Assembly: GCF_030684315.1 (NCBI RefSeq)
Contig: NC_081388.1
Location: 16,600,093 to 16,664,092 of the forward strand
Source: Stegostoma tigrinum
Taxonomy: Eukaryota
Reading direction: 5' to 3'
Length of the DNA stretch: 64,000 bases
Made by a program: the position numbers and the translations under genes. The number at the start of each line of letters is the position of its first letter. The stretch's first letter is position 1. Below the pieces are notes generated by a model. That model worked only from the letters and a program-made list of their open reading frames with translations. It did no database searches and was not told where the DNA came from. Below are positions 1 to 13,590 of this stretch, in pieces.

Positions 1-141
1 ATAAAACACAAATTAAGTCACAATTTGCCCCTAATTAGGTTAACCCTGCTTAGCGGATCAGCTGTCTTTTTTTTGGTGTTACTTTTGCTGAAGGCAGCAC
101 TGTGGTCTCTAAAATGTGCCCCTGTGAAATTTTGTTGACAG

Positions 142-270
142 TGGATCTTGGAAAGAGAAGAAGTTCAAGCCGTACAACTTTGATGCTATGGGTATCGTTC
201 CAGAATGTGGCCACCTGCACCCCTTGATGAAAGTCCGAACTCAATTCCGACAAATATTTCTGGAGATGGG
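142..270 (+). CDS. FARSA: Phenylalanyl-tRNA synthetase alpha subunit (cytoplasmic), internal exon (about human exon 6); gene start lies upstream of the window
   Basis: cag|T GGA TCT TGG...ATG GG|gtaagt; translates [43 protein letters not shown], matching FARSA motif 1 region (GHLHPL). Confidence 0.97.
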
Positions 271-816
271 GTAAGTGAGGTTTATTTCCTTAACATCTGA
301 AATGATCCATGATTAGTTATCTTAGCTGCTAGTACTGCCAATGTTGTTTGTTACAAGAGCACTGCCTATTCAGTTGTAATTAAGGAATGAAATATGAAGG
401 ATATTTGTCATAGACCATTTTATAGTGAGTATAGAATGATACAGCACCGAAAGAGACCATTTGTTCCTCCTTTATATAGTGGTGACTCTCTAAAATTGGC
501 TCAGCTCTTTGTATAATTTTATTAGACTTTCTCTTGACAGTGTGTAAGAATGAGGGGGAAAAATGTTAATGATCATTTAGTTGGTATCTCTGCATTTGGG
601 AAACTGAGGTCTGGTTGACAAAAGGAAAGGAGTAAATTTGGAATGGAGTTCAAAAGGGAAAGAATTTTCAGAAATGATGGTTATCCAGTATTGCCTTTAT
701 CTTTTACTGTATTTTTACTTCACTTCTCTCTTTGGTTGTACCTCCCTGCCACCTGCCTTCCCTAGTATTGAACTAGCTGGAGCACCTGCTGTCATACCAT
801 AAAGGATGTTTATTAA

Positions 817-978
<162 letters not shown>

Positions 979-1935
979 TGATTTGGATGTGGGACAGTGG
1001 TTGAGTGAATTAAAACACTGCCTTTATAAAGCTACTGGCCTGACCCAGTACTGAGTCAAAGAGAAACAAAAACCAAAAATACTGGAAATACTCAGCAGGC
1101 CCAGCCACGTAAGTTGGGAGAGAGGCAGTGTTAATGTGTCAGCTCAGCATTTCTCCTCTTCAGAACTGAGATGGAGAAGAACAGATTGAACTGATCAGGA
1201 AGGAACCATTGGCTTCTGCAGGAGATGACTGATAGGTCTCAGAATAGCAAGGAAGAGAAGAGTTTCTCTATCTGGTTCACATCATTCCATGGGAGTGGAG
1301 TGAGGACGAGTCTGGGCTCAGCCAAAATATTCAGTATTGGAGGGTGTTGTTTGTTAACGATCATTGACTCTGTCTATCTATTAGTAACGATCATTTGGTT
1401 GACCGTTCTGCATTTGTGAAACCATGGGTTCAGACAGGAGGAGAATAGGAACAAAATTGGAATGTGGTTCAGGATGGAGGGGGCAGTTATAGTATTTTTC
1501 AATAGATATGGTTACTCAGTATTGCCTTGATCAATCCACCTATTTTCATTTTTCTTCATCTCACAATTTGCTATCTGTGTTCACCCCACTAAGGGCTGCA
1601 TCGAGCTACTGCCCCAAACCTTGTTTCTCTAGCCCAGAACCACAAGACACCAGAGAGTTGCTTAACTTTTTACTGTTTTAATAAAAACTGATTGCTTACC
1701 GCACCTCTTTGCTTTGCGTAGGTGCACACCTCCCTCCTGCCCACACGTCTGTCTCAATGTTCCTCCAAGAAGAGATTTTCTACTTATTCACTTTGTTGTG
1801 CTTCTGTTTCCTTCTGGAACAGCAATTGCACTTTAAAAGTAATTGCAATCTAATTATTAAGACATGCACAATGTTGTGTCAAATAAATGCCAACCTCCTT
1901 TTTAATTGTTTATTCCAACATCAGTATATTTTGCA

Positions 1936-2141
1936 GTGATAATGGGAACTGCAGATGCTGGAGAATCCAAGGTAGTAAAATGTGAGGCTGGATGACCACA
2001 GCAGGCCAAGCAGCATCTCAGGAGCACAAAATCTGACGTTTCGGGCTGACGTTTCATCTGATGAAGGGTCTAGGCCCGAAACGTCAGCTTTTGTGCTCCT
2101 GAGATGCTGCTGGGCCTGCTGTGTTCATCCAGCCTCACATT
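1936..2141. mobile_element. Palindromic non-autonomous Penelope-derived mini-element with hammerhead core
   Basis: 69-bp inverted arms (1978-2046 / 2074-2142, 3 mismatches); 15-bp TSD TCAGTATATTTTGCA at 1921-1935 and 2142-2156. Confidence 0.85.
2057..2086 (+). ncRNA. Minimal type I hammerhead ribozyme motif (Penelope type)
   Basis: CTGATGA-A-GGGT(CTAG)GCCC-GAAA-CGTC; core intact, stem I weak. Confidence 0.6.
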
Positions 2142-2288
2142 TCAGTATATTTTGCACTCCTGTATGCAGTGGTATAAGGGAGGGAGTGATGTGAGCTACA
2201 TCCGTAGGTTGTGCTGCACTGCAAAATAATAACTTTTATTTTTGGAATTCAAGTATCCCTGCTTTTTCCCCTTTTTAACCACACCCAG

Positions 2289-2373
2289 AGCCAGCCACTG
2301 CAACAAAATTTCCAATGGATTACCTTGAAAGAGTGAAGAAAGTTCATTCAGAGGGCGGATATGGATCCCTGGG
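2289..2373 (+). CDS. FARSA: FARSA internal exon
   Basis: cccag|...|gtaagt; [29 protein letters not shown]. Confidence 0.95.
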
Positions 2374-3769
2374 GTAAGTCTGCACTAATCACTTCAGCTA
2401 ATTTGGCAAATGCAAGTTCTCTGTTTGTCTTTGTGCAGTGTTGTTCAGGAATAATGTACAGTAAAGAGCTTTTTATATTTGGATTTGTTCATATTTTGAC
2501 CAGTACCACTGAAAATAAACTGTACCTTCCATCCCTTTGCCTTTTGTGTAAGTTTGTGCTAAGCAGATTGGCTCCCATGTTTCCCATTTGACAGTGAACA
2601 AGTTTTTGAAGAAGCTTGTCTGTCTTGCAGCTTGTGATGGTCTGATAAAGGCACAGTCATTTGGCATCTTGTGGAGAGGATGTTTAAATTTCAGGAACTG
2701 CCTGATGACAGACTGTAATATTAATTTGTCTGTTCTCCCCTCAGCTGCAGACTGACCTATGTGTTTGGAGTGTGTTATGTTTATGTAGATGATGTGGTTG
2801 GCTGCGTTGGGATAGAGGCAGGATTGGGAGCAGAGGTGAGGAGAAAGTGCCCTGGAGAGGGGACGTATAGGAGTGGGAGAATAATTAAATGCAGGATGGA
2901 GGAGGGAAGTGGGCAAATTTGATCGGGGAGGAGAAAATTCGGTGTGATGGCTTTGGTGGGGGAATTGGCTGTGCTGCTGTGGGGAAAGGTGAGGTTGATA
3001 GGGTGCACAAGGGCATGGGTTGGTATTTGCATGTCATGGTGATTTGAGGTTGGTGCACTGGCAAGTGGGAGGCGTAGCTGAGCAGGATGGGGAGAACTCT
3101 GGGCTGGATTAGGTTGTGCAGAGCCTTTGGTTTTCTGTGCTGGGCACAGGATTGGCCTTGTGTGTACTGGCATGGATGAGGGAGTTGGGAGCACTAGCAT
3201 TTGTAGAAAGGGCATTATGCATTCACGGCTTCTCTCGGGTGGTGCGCAGAGTGGAGACATTTTTGTGTATATACGATGGGCATTTGACTTTTCAGATGCA
3301 GAGATGGGTTTGTGCCTCACAGCGTGGGTTTAGTCCCTGTCCGTGATCAAACCTCACAGTCTGTACTTGAGTTGGCCTTTTTTTTCAACCAAGTAAATCA
3401 TCAGAATTGTCCAATGGTCCACCTGCGCTCACTGCAGTTTAAAGAATTCCTTTGTAATCTCTTGGGTGAAAGTCCAGGAGGAGTGATTTAGTTCCAATTC
3501 AGGATGATCTGTAACGTGAATTTGTAGGTAGTGGTGTTCCTGCTCAGTTTGTCTGACCTTGGTTTAGAAAGTGCTGTCAAAGGAACCTTGTCGTAGAGTG
3601 TCACATCAATGCTTCACACTGCTGCTGCCATGCTCCAGTAGTGGTGGGAAAGAGAATGATTGAATCATTTTTGAAACTATTTCTAAAACAAGTGTGCTGC
3701 ATTTAAAGCCATGCAAATGTTGGAGTCTTTAGTTCTTTGTTTTCAGCAACTATTTGTGTACATATCCAG

Positions 3770-3869
3770 ATACAAATATGACTGGAAGATTGAGGAAGCA
3801 CAGAAGAATCTCTTGCGAACGCACACAACAGCAGTCAGTGCACGAATGCTGTACAAACTTGCCCAAAAG
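3770..3869 (+). CDS. FARSA: FARSA internal exon
   Basis: tccag|...|gtgagg; [33 protein letters not shown] (LLRTHTT motif). Confidence 0.97.
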
Positions 3870-6062
3870 GTGAGGTTGACTATTTTCTTCCTCCTATCCC
3901 CTTTTGAGGAAGTACCTGCTCAGGTGTTGATTGTTTCCAGTGCTTCACCATGATGGCTACTTTTTCCATGTGTGTCCTCTCCTGAGCCCTCTGTGTTTGC
4001 AATTTACAATAGTGATTGGATGGAGAATCCAAGATCCCATTTGATTTCTGTCCTGCCAGTTTCTTGAGCGCTAAAGTGAGTGTGCCTCATGACAAATGTA
4101 CCAAGGCCAGGGGTCACAGGTCACATCCATAGTTCGGCTATTTTTTTAACCCAAGTAAATAATCAGACAGAACCTCCAAACCTTTAATTTGTCAGTATCT
4201 TTATTAGAGCTGCCAACGATCAGCACAGATTTGTCTGATCTTAGTACTGCTCATACTCATTCATTCTTCTATGACATGTAAAATTGTTTTAAAGTTCATC
4301 AATGGGGATGAAAAGGGAACAGCATATATGCAAAGTGAGATTAGTGGTTGAGTGCCACTTTTAAAAAATGCTACTTTAACATCAGTATATTAAAATGGAG
4401 ATCATTTTCTAACCCCAAGTGTCTGAATGGTGTTGCCATTTCCTGACATGCTTCATAGGTGTTGACAGTCTTTTCATTATTGTCCTGTAGCTGAGGATGT
4501 AAAAAGGTAATGGTTCCATCAGTAAAGTGGTCAGATGGAAGTACCTGCATAACCTTATGAAGATAGTTAATGCAAAATATGCAAGAGGGTGATTTGATGG
4601 AGCATGTTGTCATTATGTAGCCGTTTTTTTTGGCTTATGTCCTGTGCTATAAAATTTGATGCAGGAATTCCCAGCTCTGCAAGCTCCAGTAGTGCTCCCC
4701 CTGCCTAAGGCAGCATGTCCTACCCACAGGGCTGCTTAATGCGTGGTAGAGCTCCTCTCACTACCTCCCTAAACTGTTTTGAGATATTTGTCAGAATGAC
4801 AGTGGGGTACTGTTTAATTCCATCCCTAGCCAGCTGGTGAAATACAAAACTAGATGCTATGATGGCATCCTGCTGTTCCCAGAGAACTTGACAATCTGTG
4901 ATTTTTGTTTTCCACAATTTGGCAGACTGCACATGTGCAGTGCACACCTTTGCTCCAAGAAGTAAGTTATGTTTTATTCTTATCCTTATTTCTTTAAAAC
5001 CACAGATACCCAATCATTAGTTTTTCAGATGACAAGGAGTAACGTTATACAGTAAGCTTTGCAATACGCCCTCCTAACTATTGCCTGGTATCCCAACAAT
5101 GTCCTATTATACTGTTTTTATTGGCATCTTTGTTATTTTGGATGAGACCAATTAACCCACATTAAAGGAGTGCTTTCTGATTAGTTTAATGGGACACTGT
5201 ATCAAGGAAAGTCCAGAGGAGGCCTATTAAGTTTTAAAATAAAACTTTTGGTTTTGATACACTGTAGTCTCAGAAGGTCCACAGAGTACCACTGAACACC
5301 ACGTGCTCCCTCTCCACAGACATGCACACGCAACCACAGGAGAAGGCAGGCAGTCCGGTATTGCCACCCATTCTAGGACCCAATTGCTGATCCTGTCAGG
5401 CCCAGGACCATCATCTGTTACTATTTTTAAATACGAATTTTAAACCTTTTAAAGAGGCTTGGTGACAAAGGTCAAATCACTAGTGAAAGTTGCAAAATTA
5501 AAATTGAAGCTTGGTTGTGGAATATTTTAAATAGTCAGTTAATTAGCAATGAAACCAATTTAAGCCAAATCAGGAGTATATCCATGTTTCAAATACTTAA
5601 CGGAATCATACCTTTGCTTGTCAATTACATTGTCAAGATAAGTAACCAATTAACAGGCATTTGAGAGTATAGGGATTCTTTCACATGGGATGTCGTGGAA
5701 CACTGAAGTCAGTGGTCCCTGGTATGGACTGTTGCCATTCCCAGGTCCTGACATGTGGTTCTGTTTTTCATGTGCTGGGTTAGCAGGGTGTTGTGAATTA
5801 ACTGTATGGAACTCTCATGTTAATTTGTTCATGCATTTGGGAGACCTATGCGAAGGTGGTATTAAATAGATCTTTTTGGAGATCAGTCATTTATTTTTAA
5901 CATAGTGGTCGAAGGAATGATGTGGAGCACAAAAGAAAATGATGCTGTGCGGCCTTTATGCTTTGCACAGCATGATGTCCAAAGCTGCTCTCTCTCTTTC
6001 CTGTCCTGCTCCTTTCCAATGTGATCACGTTTTCTGTAACTGTTTTCATTCTAACTGTGCAG

Positions 6063-6231
6063 GAAGAGTTTACACCCGTGAAGTATTTCTCTATTGACCG
6101 AGTCTTCCGTAATGAAACACTGGATGCTACTCACTTGGCAGAGTTTCACCAAATTGAGGGGGTGGTAGCAGATTATGATCTGACCCTGGGCGATCTGATG
6201 GGAGTTCTCCAACAGTTCTTCAGTAAACTTG
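6063..6231 (+). CDS. FARSA: FARSA internal exon (class II motif 2)
   Basis: tgcag|...|gtgaga; [56 protein letters not shown]. Confidence 0.98.
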
Positions 6232-7173
6232 GTGAGACCTTATCTCCATGTGGTTCTTCTCTGTTCCTTCCTGTAACTGACTTTAATCCAGAAAATAATT
6301 GCGCCTGCTGATACATTTTGAAGTGTGTGTCTTTATAAACTTTGAAGGAATTATGTGTCACAAGCCATTTTAAAAACTTTTTTGCAAGGTTAGGAATCTA
6401 TTTAATGAAAATGTGTATATTTTAATTCATTTCTTGTTTCTACATTGCTGTTCCAAAGCTAAAGACCTTGATTGAAAGGAAGCTGGGGTGTGCAGCTGCA
6501 TAGGTCAAAGTGAGGAAGTTGAATTTTAGTAATTGAAGGGATTGCTAGATGCTACAACTGACTAATTTAACACTCAAGCCATACAATTCAGTGTCAACAT
6601 TAAGTAACTCCTCTTCATCACTCCTTTTAATCTACACGTCTAACACCCAAGTGAAGTGTCAGCATTGATACTTTTTGAAAGTATTAACTCTCTGGAGGTT
6701 TGAATATATAAGGAGGTTGATGATGGTGGGAGCTGACAGTAGCTTGAAGGCGAGTGCTTTGCTGAAACACTTCAGAAGGCACTTTAGTTGATCATATTTC
6801 ATGTGCAACTGAAGTCAAGTATATTGAGGAACTCATCATGTTTTCTTCTTCAAAGCACATCAGTGATGCAACATGGAAAATGGCCACCTTTTCTAAAAGC
6901 TTTTAGTTACAATTTAATTTTTAAAACTGATTTTTGGTACGCAAAATGCAGATGCGGGATTTGAACTCTTTGTTCTTTGGACCAATGACCCTAGCCTTTG
7001 AAATGTTTGTCCAGTACCCAAACCACATTATAATGAGATCCTACTTTCTGTTTCTCATCTTGCTTTTGAAAATTCATGTTTAAGCATTAAAAAGTATATG
7101 TTATGTTTTGTTCAAAATGTTTTTATTTTAAAAAGTTGAGTTTTTTTCTTTGTGGTCTTTCTGTTGTTGACAG

Positions 7174-7251
7174 GTATAACCAAACTGCGTTATAAGCCAG
7201 CCTTCAACCCCTACACAGAACCTAGTATGGAGATCTTCAGCTATCATGAAG
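7174..7251 (+). CDS. FARSA: FARSA internal exon
   Basis: gacag|...|gtaagt; [26 protein letters not shown]. Confidence 0.97.
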
Positions 7252-8349
7252 GTAAGTGTGAAGATCTGATTTAGATCTTCAGCAGTTCAAGGTTCCTACT
7301 CTTTATTCACCTTCAATGGCAGTGTTGCCTTTGTTACAGCCATTTTGTACATACGGGAATATGAATTAGAAGCAGGAATTAACCCTTTTCACCTGCTCTA
7401 TTACACTGATTGTGGCCTGAACTTCATTTCCCCAATTGGCCTTAATTCCCTAATCTACCTATACTTCTGTATTTAAAAGTGTTCAATGACCTTGCCACCT
7501 CTATTCTGGCGAAGAGAATTCCACATTACTGTGACTCAGAAAGAAAAATAGTCCTCTTCATCTGTCTTAAATGGGAGACTCTTTATTTTTAAACTGTCTC
7601 CTTTTGCTGTAGCCTGCCCAACAAGGGGAAGCAGCCACCCTGTCAAAGTCTTCCAGATTATTCTTCAATTAAATTACTTCAAAATGCAAATTTGTAAAAG
7701 CCTGAACTGTCCAGCCTTTCCTCATAAGATACTACACATCAGCTCAATCCCAGGTAGGAGTCAAGTGAATACTCTCTGAGCTGCTTCTAATACATTTTCA
7801 TCCTTCCATAAATAAGGAGATCAACACCATACACAACACTTGAGGTATAGTTTCAAATGCTGTGGAACTGTAATGAAACATCCCCACTCGTGTTTTATAT
7901 TCCCTTTTTGTAATTGTGCACAACAAAGTTCATGAATAGTGAATGAATTCACAACACTTAACCAGTTCTTGATCAATGGACAAATAGGCAGTGGATACTA
8001 GGAGCTTTGCCCACTTGGGGAACACTTGTCTATGGACACATGCATTTGGCTCAGCGGGCAGGCAGTTGTAGCCTAGGTTTAACATTTCAACTTCAGCACT
8101 TCCACAATTGCAGCACTCCCTCACTACTACCCTAATGTGGTAGATTACATGCCCAAATCTGTAGTGTCACTTGAACTTGCAGCCTTCTGACTCAAGAAAT
8201 GACTGCATCACTGGCAACAACCTAATGCTTAGAAGGACTATTGAACTGGAAGGTTAATGATTTCATTCAGTTTTGAATATTGTTGTCAGCTTTTTTAGTC
8301 CATAATTGCATGACCTGTTTGTTTAATCAGAAGTTCATGTATATAATTA

Positions 8350-8700
8350 CAACAAAATACTGCAGATGCTGCTGATCAGAAAGATAAACAAATTCCTAGA
8401 GAAAATCAACAGATCTGACACCATCTAAAGCATGAAAAACAGTTAATGCTTCAAGTCCCGTATCATTGGACTCAATGTTAACTCCTCCCCCTTTCCATCT
8501 TCACTCCCTCCCTCTTCCCTTCCCACGCTCCTCCCTTCCTCCCTCACATCCACTTTCATCCCTGTCTCCCTCGCATCCACTTTCCTCCTTCCTACCGTCT
8601 GTCCCCCCCCCCCCCCACCCCTCACCTCCTTCCCTCCCTCCCTCCACAAGTGCTACCAGGCTTGAGTTTCTCAAGCAGCTTGTTTCAATTTGGCTCCACT
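8350..8700. mobile_element. Decayed palindromic Penelope-derived mini-element with an internal polypyrimidine expansion (8484-8645)
   Basis: aacaaaatactgcagatgct...gttaatgcttcaagtc left arm; gactcaatgttaactc...gagtttctc right arm. Confidence 0.55.
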
Positions 8701-9216
8701 TGCTGACATACAGGAGCATGAACATGTACATTAGCAGCAATATGTCTCATTAAATATATTTAAGCAAAGAATGGTGTGTACCTAACAAAAAGAAATGTTG
8801 GCATATATTGGGTAAGAAAGTGTTACAGCAGAATTTTTATTTTAATTTTTAAAAATATGCCTGGTATGCTCATGTGCAGTCACAATTCAGCAGTGAACAT
8901 GCTGAGTCTGCACGTCATATCGTTGCTGTCAGCAAACTTACTGTTTTTGTTTTTAACCCTTGCATTCACTCCTTCAAGTTGCCTTTGCCAATCCCATGCT
9001 CTGAACAGATTTTGTAGCTTTCTTTTTGATACTGCAATACTTGCAAAAACATTCCAAACCACATTCCAAATCCTCTAGCTAATGAACAGGCTGGCTTAGG
9101 TGGCACCCCTTCTTCTAATTTGTCCTTAATGAATTCTTCTCAACTTCGAGTACTCATTGTTCACTTGCAGGGGTCACAGGGTCTCATGCTGATTTAAAGA
9201 AATGTTCTTTCTCCAG

Positions 9217-9331
9217 GATTGAAGAAGTGGGTGGAAGTCGGAAATTCTGGGGTTTTCCGTCCTGAGATGCTGCTCCCAATGGGTCTGCCAGAAAATGTGA
9301 CAGTAATTGCCTGGGGCCTGTCACTCGAACG
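9217..9331 (+). CDS. FARSA: FARSA internal exon (motif 3)
   Basis: tccag|...|gtaggt; [39 protein letters not shown]. Confidence 0.98.
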
Positions 9332-9794
9332 GTAGGTAATAACCTGGCCTGGCATAATTGGAAGAAGGTTGAAGACAGTTATGAGAATGTGTTTATGGCC
9401 TTCCTCCCATCTCCCCCAACCCATAAACTGTCTCCACAAATTCAGCCAGATTGGAGGGGTGGTGTGGATTGCAGAATTTGCATTTCTGAAGTACCTGTTC
9501 TGAACCACTCTATAGCCAGCAAAGCGATTTTGACTTGTTGTCCATGTTGAAATGTAGGAATTAGAGGTAATGAGAAACTGGGACTGGGGCGTTGGTGAAA
9601 CAGCTTTCGACAACTGATGGGATTTAGCAGTTTTATTTTAGTACTGAACAAGACTGACTCAAATTAACACTTGTAATAAAGCTGTTGAAGTCAAACAAAT
9701 TATTCTTTCTCATGCACTTTCATACCTGTGAGTGCTATTAGCTGCAACACTCTCCTGATGGTCCAGATGTTTAAAGCAGTAACTTAACTGGATT

Positions 9795-10310
9795 AGAGTC
9801 AAAAAGTCATACAGCACAGAAAGAAACCCTTCAGTCCAACTCATCTGTGCCAACCAGATATCCCAATCTGACTTAGTCCCATTTGCCAACATTTGGCACA
9901 TATCCCTCTAAACCCTTCCAATTCGTGTACCCATCCAGATGCTTTTTAAATATTGTTATTGTACCTGCCTCCACCACTTCCTCTGGCAGCTCGTTCCATA
10001 CATGTGCCACCCGCTGTGTGGAAAAAGTTACCCCTCGGATCCTTTTTAAGTCTTTCCCCTCTCACCTTAAACCTTTGCCCTTTAATTTTGGATGCAACTG
10101 CCTTAAGAAAAAGTTCTTGTTTATTCGCCCTATCTGTACCCCTCATAGAGTCATATAGCACAGAAACAGACTGTTCGGTCCAACCAATCCCAGCCGACCA
10201 TAATTCCAATCTAAACTATTTCCACCTGCCTGTGCCTGAACCATATCCCTCCAAACACTGCTTATTTATGTACTTATTCAAATGTCTTTTAAATGCTGTA
10301 ACCTTATCCC
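9795..10310 (-). mobile_element. Two head-to-tail CR1-type LINE 3' fragments
   Basis: Both start tagagtca...agcacagaaa (tail repeat); antisense encodes ...KVRGERLKKDPRGNFF, typical of the ORF2 C-terminus. Confidence 0.8.
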
Positions 10311-10554
10311 ACAGGCAATTTCTGTTCCTAGTTTATGGTGTACACCTGGAGGTGTACAGTTTGTCTCTGTGCACCCTGGCAAAGAGAGTAGAAATTCAGA
10401 GGCACCAGATGATCATTGTGACACACGTACATACAAGTTCCGGCTTTCATTCCCCAAACATGCCCCTGTTTGTGTCCAAGTGTAGCAAGATTTGGATAAT
10501 ATCCAGGATTGGCATGACAAGAAGCAAGTAACATTTTTGCCGTGGGTGCCAGAA

Positions 10555-11430
10555 AATGACCGTCCTCAAGAAAAATGAAACCATCACGCTTTGATAGTTA
10601 ATGACATTGCCATCACAGAATAACCCACATCAACACTGTGGGAGTTACCCCATCGACTAAGCAGAACTGGACTATCCATATAATTACTGTGGCTCCAAGA
10701 GCAGATCAGAGGCTAGGAATCCTGTAACGAGTGTGTCCCATCCTGACTCCCAAATACCTGTCCCCCATCTATAAGGCACAAGTCTGAAATGTAAAAGATT
10801 ACCTCCATTTGCCTCGATGAGTGCAGGTCCAATAGCATTCAAGATGCTTGACACTATCCGGGACAAAGCAGCCTGCATGATTGGCACTAAGTACGCAAAC
10901 ATCAGTTGAATCTACCACCACACAGTAGCCTTGTGTCTCATCTACAAGTCATAGAATCCCTACTGTGTGAAAGCAGACCATTTGGCCCATCAAGTCCACA
11001 CCGACTTCCCAACTCTATCCTTGTAACCCTGCATTTCCAACGGCCATTCCTCTTAGCCTGCACATCCCTAAACACTACAAGACAGCTTAGAAAGGCCAAT
11101 CCACCTAACCTGCATACAATGTGCACTGCAACAACTCACCAAAGCATATTAGAAGTTTTCAAACCTGTGACCACCAACATCAGAAAGGAAAAGGGTAGCA
11201 GATGTGCTGAAGTACTGCTATCTAGAATTTTCCCTGTAAACCACTCGCCATCCTGACTTGGAAATATATTATTGTTCCTTCAGTGTCACATCCAGGAAGT
11301 TGCTTCCTGGTAGCACTGTGGATGCAGCTACAAATGGACTGCAGCAGTTCAAGAATGCAGGTCATTAATCACCTTCTGAGGGCAATGCCGGCCTAGTCTG
11401 CATTGTCCACATGTCATGAATAAGTCTTTA
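10555..11430 (+). mobile_element. Old CR1/L2-group LINE 3' fragment interrupted by an antisense V-SINE (HE1-like) piece at ~10948-11116
   Basis: Collinear with 25968-26570; the insert contains ggccaatccacctaacctgca (V-SINE body, antisense). Confidence 0.65.
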
Positions 11431-12389
11431 TTAAAAAAAACACTGAACGCATTCTGCTTAATGCTCACGCTGGACACCTGAAATGGAGAAATGTTCCATT
11501 CCCATCATTGGCCTCTCGCCCCAGGTTAATATCCAAATTGCCGTATGCAAATAAATATGGTTCTCTTCCTGAATCAACAGCAAATTGTTAGGAGATTTTC
11601 AAATCTTATTGACCTAACACTTTCCACGAGATGTGAGCAGATTTCATTTGCAGTCCTTGGTCAGTTAGTCTCTCATTTCCAGTTTTAAACTTGGTTATTT
11701 GTTTGGTCTTAGCCTTGAGAATATCACCTATTAACAGAACAGTGATTCATCCATCCACCAGAAACAGTGATTGTGGTTTTCAGCAACTAATCATGCACAT
11801 TGTCTGTACTGTAAATCTTCAGTACATCACTAATCCTCTTTGAGTTGCCCTTTGAATTCTACTGTACAACAGGGATTAAAAGCTATTTATCATCTAGCTC
11901 CCAGCGATTCACTGCAGCTTTTGGAGCGCAAAGCAGTAAATTAAGAATCCATCCCTACACGTCATTTTTTTTGCAATTTCACTTACGCCAAACTTTCAGG
12001 TCACAACCACACTCAACTCTTTCAGATTTCTTGTTAAGGTGCATTAAATTCCATTGTTAGGTAATTGATACCCAGGCATGTTCTAAACACTAATTTCACC
12101 TGTACTGTGAAAAATTGCATTTCTCATACTTTAAATATTTTGTTAGAGAATAGATCTTTCACTAAAACACAGCTCTGTGGGAATGGACGTGGAGTCATCT
12201 AGTGGCAGATCTGTCCCTTTGCAAAAATCTGCACTAAGACGGTGTCTTTCATTATCGTTAGTCTAAAGTGGTGAAGTATAACTGAAGTCTCTTGGTAACA
12301 CAGAATTTCTCTCCTCAGCAGGTAGTCATATTGTTGCAGCGTTTCATCTTGCATTCATCAGAATAGTTGCAAAATACCAATATTCAAGC

Positions 12390-12900
12390 TGTTAGAGACG
12401 ATTTTAAACAGGCGTCTGAATCCTGTGTTTGGTGGTACAAATCAATCTTTATTCAGAGCTCCTTACAAATCCAGCTTGGAGAGGTCTCTAGGACACTACC
12501 TTTCCCAATAAAATACAGGATATTTATACATTCCACGTTATGATAATTACAATACAGCATTGACATCTGAGCTTGCCACCTCTCCTCTGGCAGTTATGCC
12601 GCTCCCCAGACATTTGCCAGTTGTATCGTACTGAGTAGATGCTGTTTCTTACCTGTCATGATTTGCTTCCCCGAGGTCATAATAACTAAGTAAAATTTTG
12701 CAAGTGCCCCCTTAAAGCGCTGGTTGTTTCCAGTGTTCTTTCACAAGGTTAACTGTTTACACCCTTCGTCAAAAGGTCGTTGGTATTTACACATTCGTTC
12801 CTCAATTCCACACGCCCCTGGCCCACCGGTGACGGATGGGATCTTCTCTCTACTGTCTGTAGCCATTTATTCTAAATGAATTCAGTTAAATTCCATAACA
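12390..12900 (-). mobile_element. Probable solo LTR
   Basis: TGTTA...TAACA termini; on - strand TATAAATA (~12528) precedes AATAAA (~12453) near the 3' end; no clear TSD. Confidence 0.45.
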
Positions 12901-13344
12901 TTAACTTGTTAGTTGCACATATAATTTCAGTATACCTACATATATGTAATAGAAATTACTTATAAAGCCTTTGATTGTGGTGGGATCCGACTTTCCATTC
13001 TACACTTTACTAAGTAACAAGTTTTCTCTTTCGCTAAGATTTCTTTGAGACACTTCATTATCTTATTTGGCAGCCATGATTCTGATTGTGAAAACTGCTC
13101 TCAATTAACAATGCTCTTCAGCCATGGGCAACTCCAACACAAGCCATCGCAACAGTTTATGACAGAATAAAAGGGTGTTGATTCGTTTGTAGGTAGACAG
13201 TGGACATGATGTTGCCATGGAGGTAGTGATGGAAACTTCTCTCCTGTTGTATAAATTCTTGTGATAGTTTGAGATTTGGCATTCTCGCATTAGTCCGAAT
13301 GTGTCAAACACAAGAAGCATCAGCAATGCATCTCTTTTCAGTGG

Positions 13345-13590
13345 TACCTTTTGTTAGCAATTTTGTGCTGTAGGAAGCCCAGCAACCAATTTGTACACAG
13401 CAAGCCCCCACTGACAGCAATATGACAAGAAGCACATAATCTGTTTAGTGGTGTTAGTTGAGGGCTTAATATTTGCCAGGCCACAAGGCAGATATCCCTA
13501 TTTTGAGTAGCACCCTTTGTGCATCCACCCGAAAGGATAGACTGCCGGATTGACTGTTTGACAGGCAGCAGCACCAACATTCCTACATTG
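13345..13590 (-). mobile_element. Deu-domain SINE (SacSINE1/AmnSINE-like); related copies at ~19400-19680, 32190-32530, 44085-44290, 53035-53210, 56020-56235
   Basis: Antisense of cctggccaatatttatccctcaaccaacatcac...gcttgctgtgcacaaattggctg. Confidence 0.65.

Noticed and set aside
2473-3346. 147-179 aa ORFs in the G/T-rich FARSA intron
   Set aside because: Compositional bias suppresses stops; no recognisable motifs or exon structure.
8443-8753. Gly/Glu/Arg- and Pro/Ser-rich ORFs
   Set aside because: Translations of a low-complexity polypyrimidine tract.
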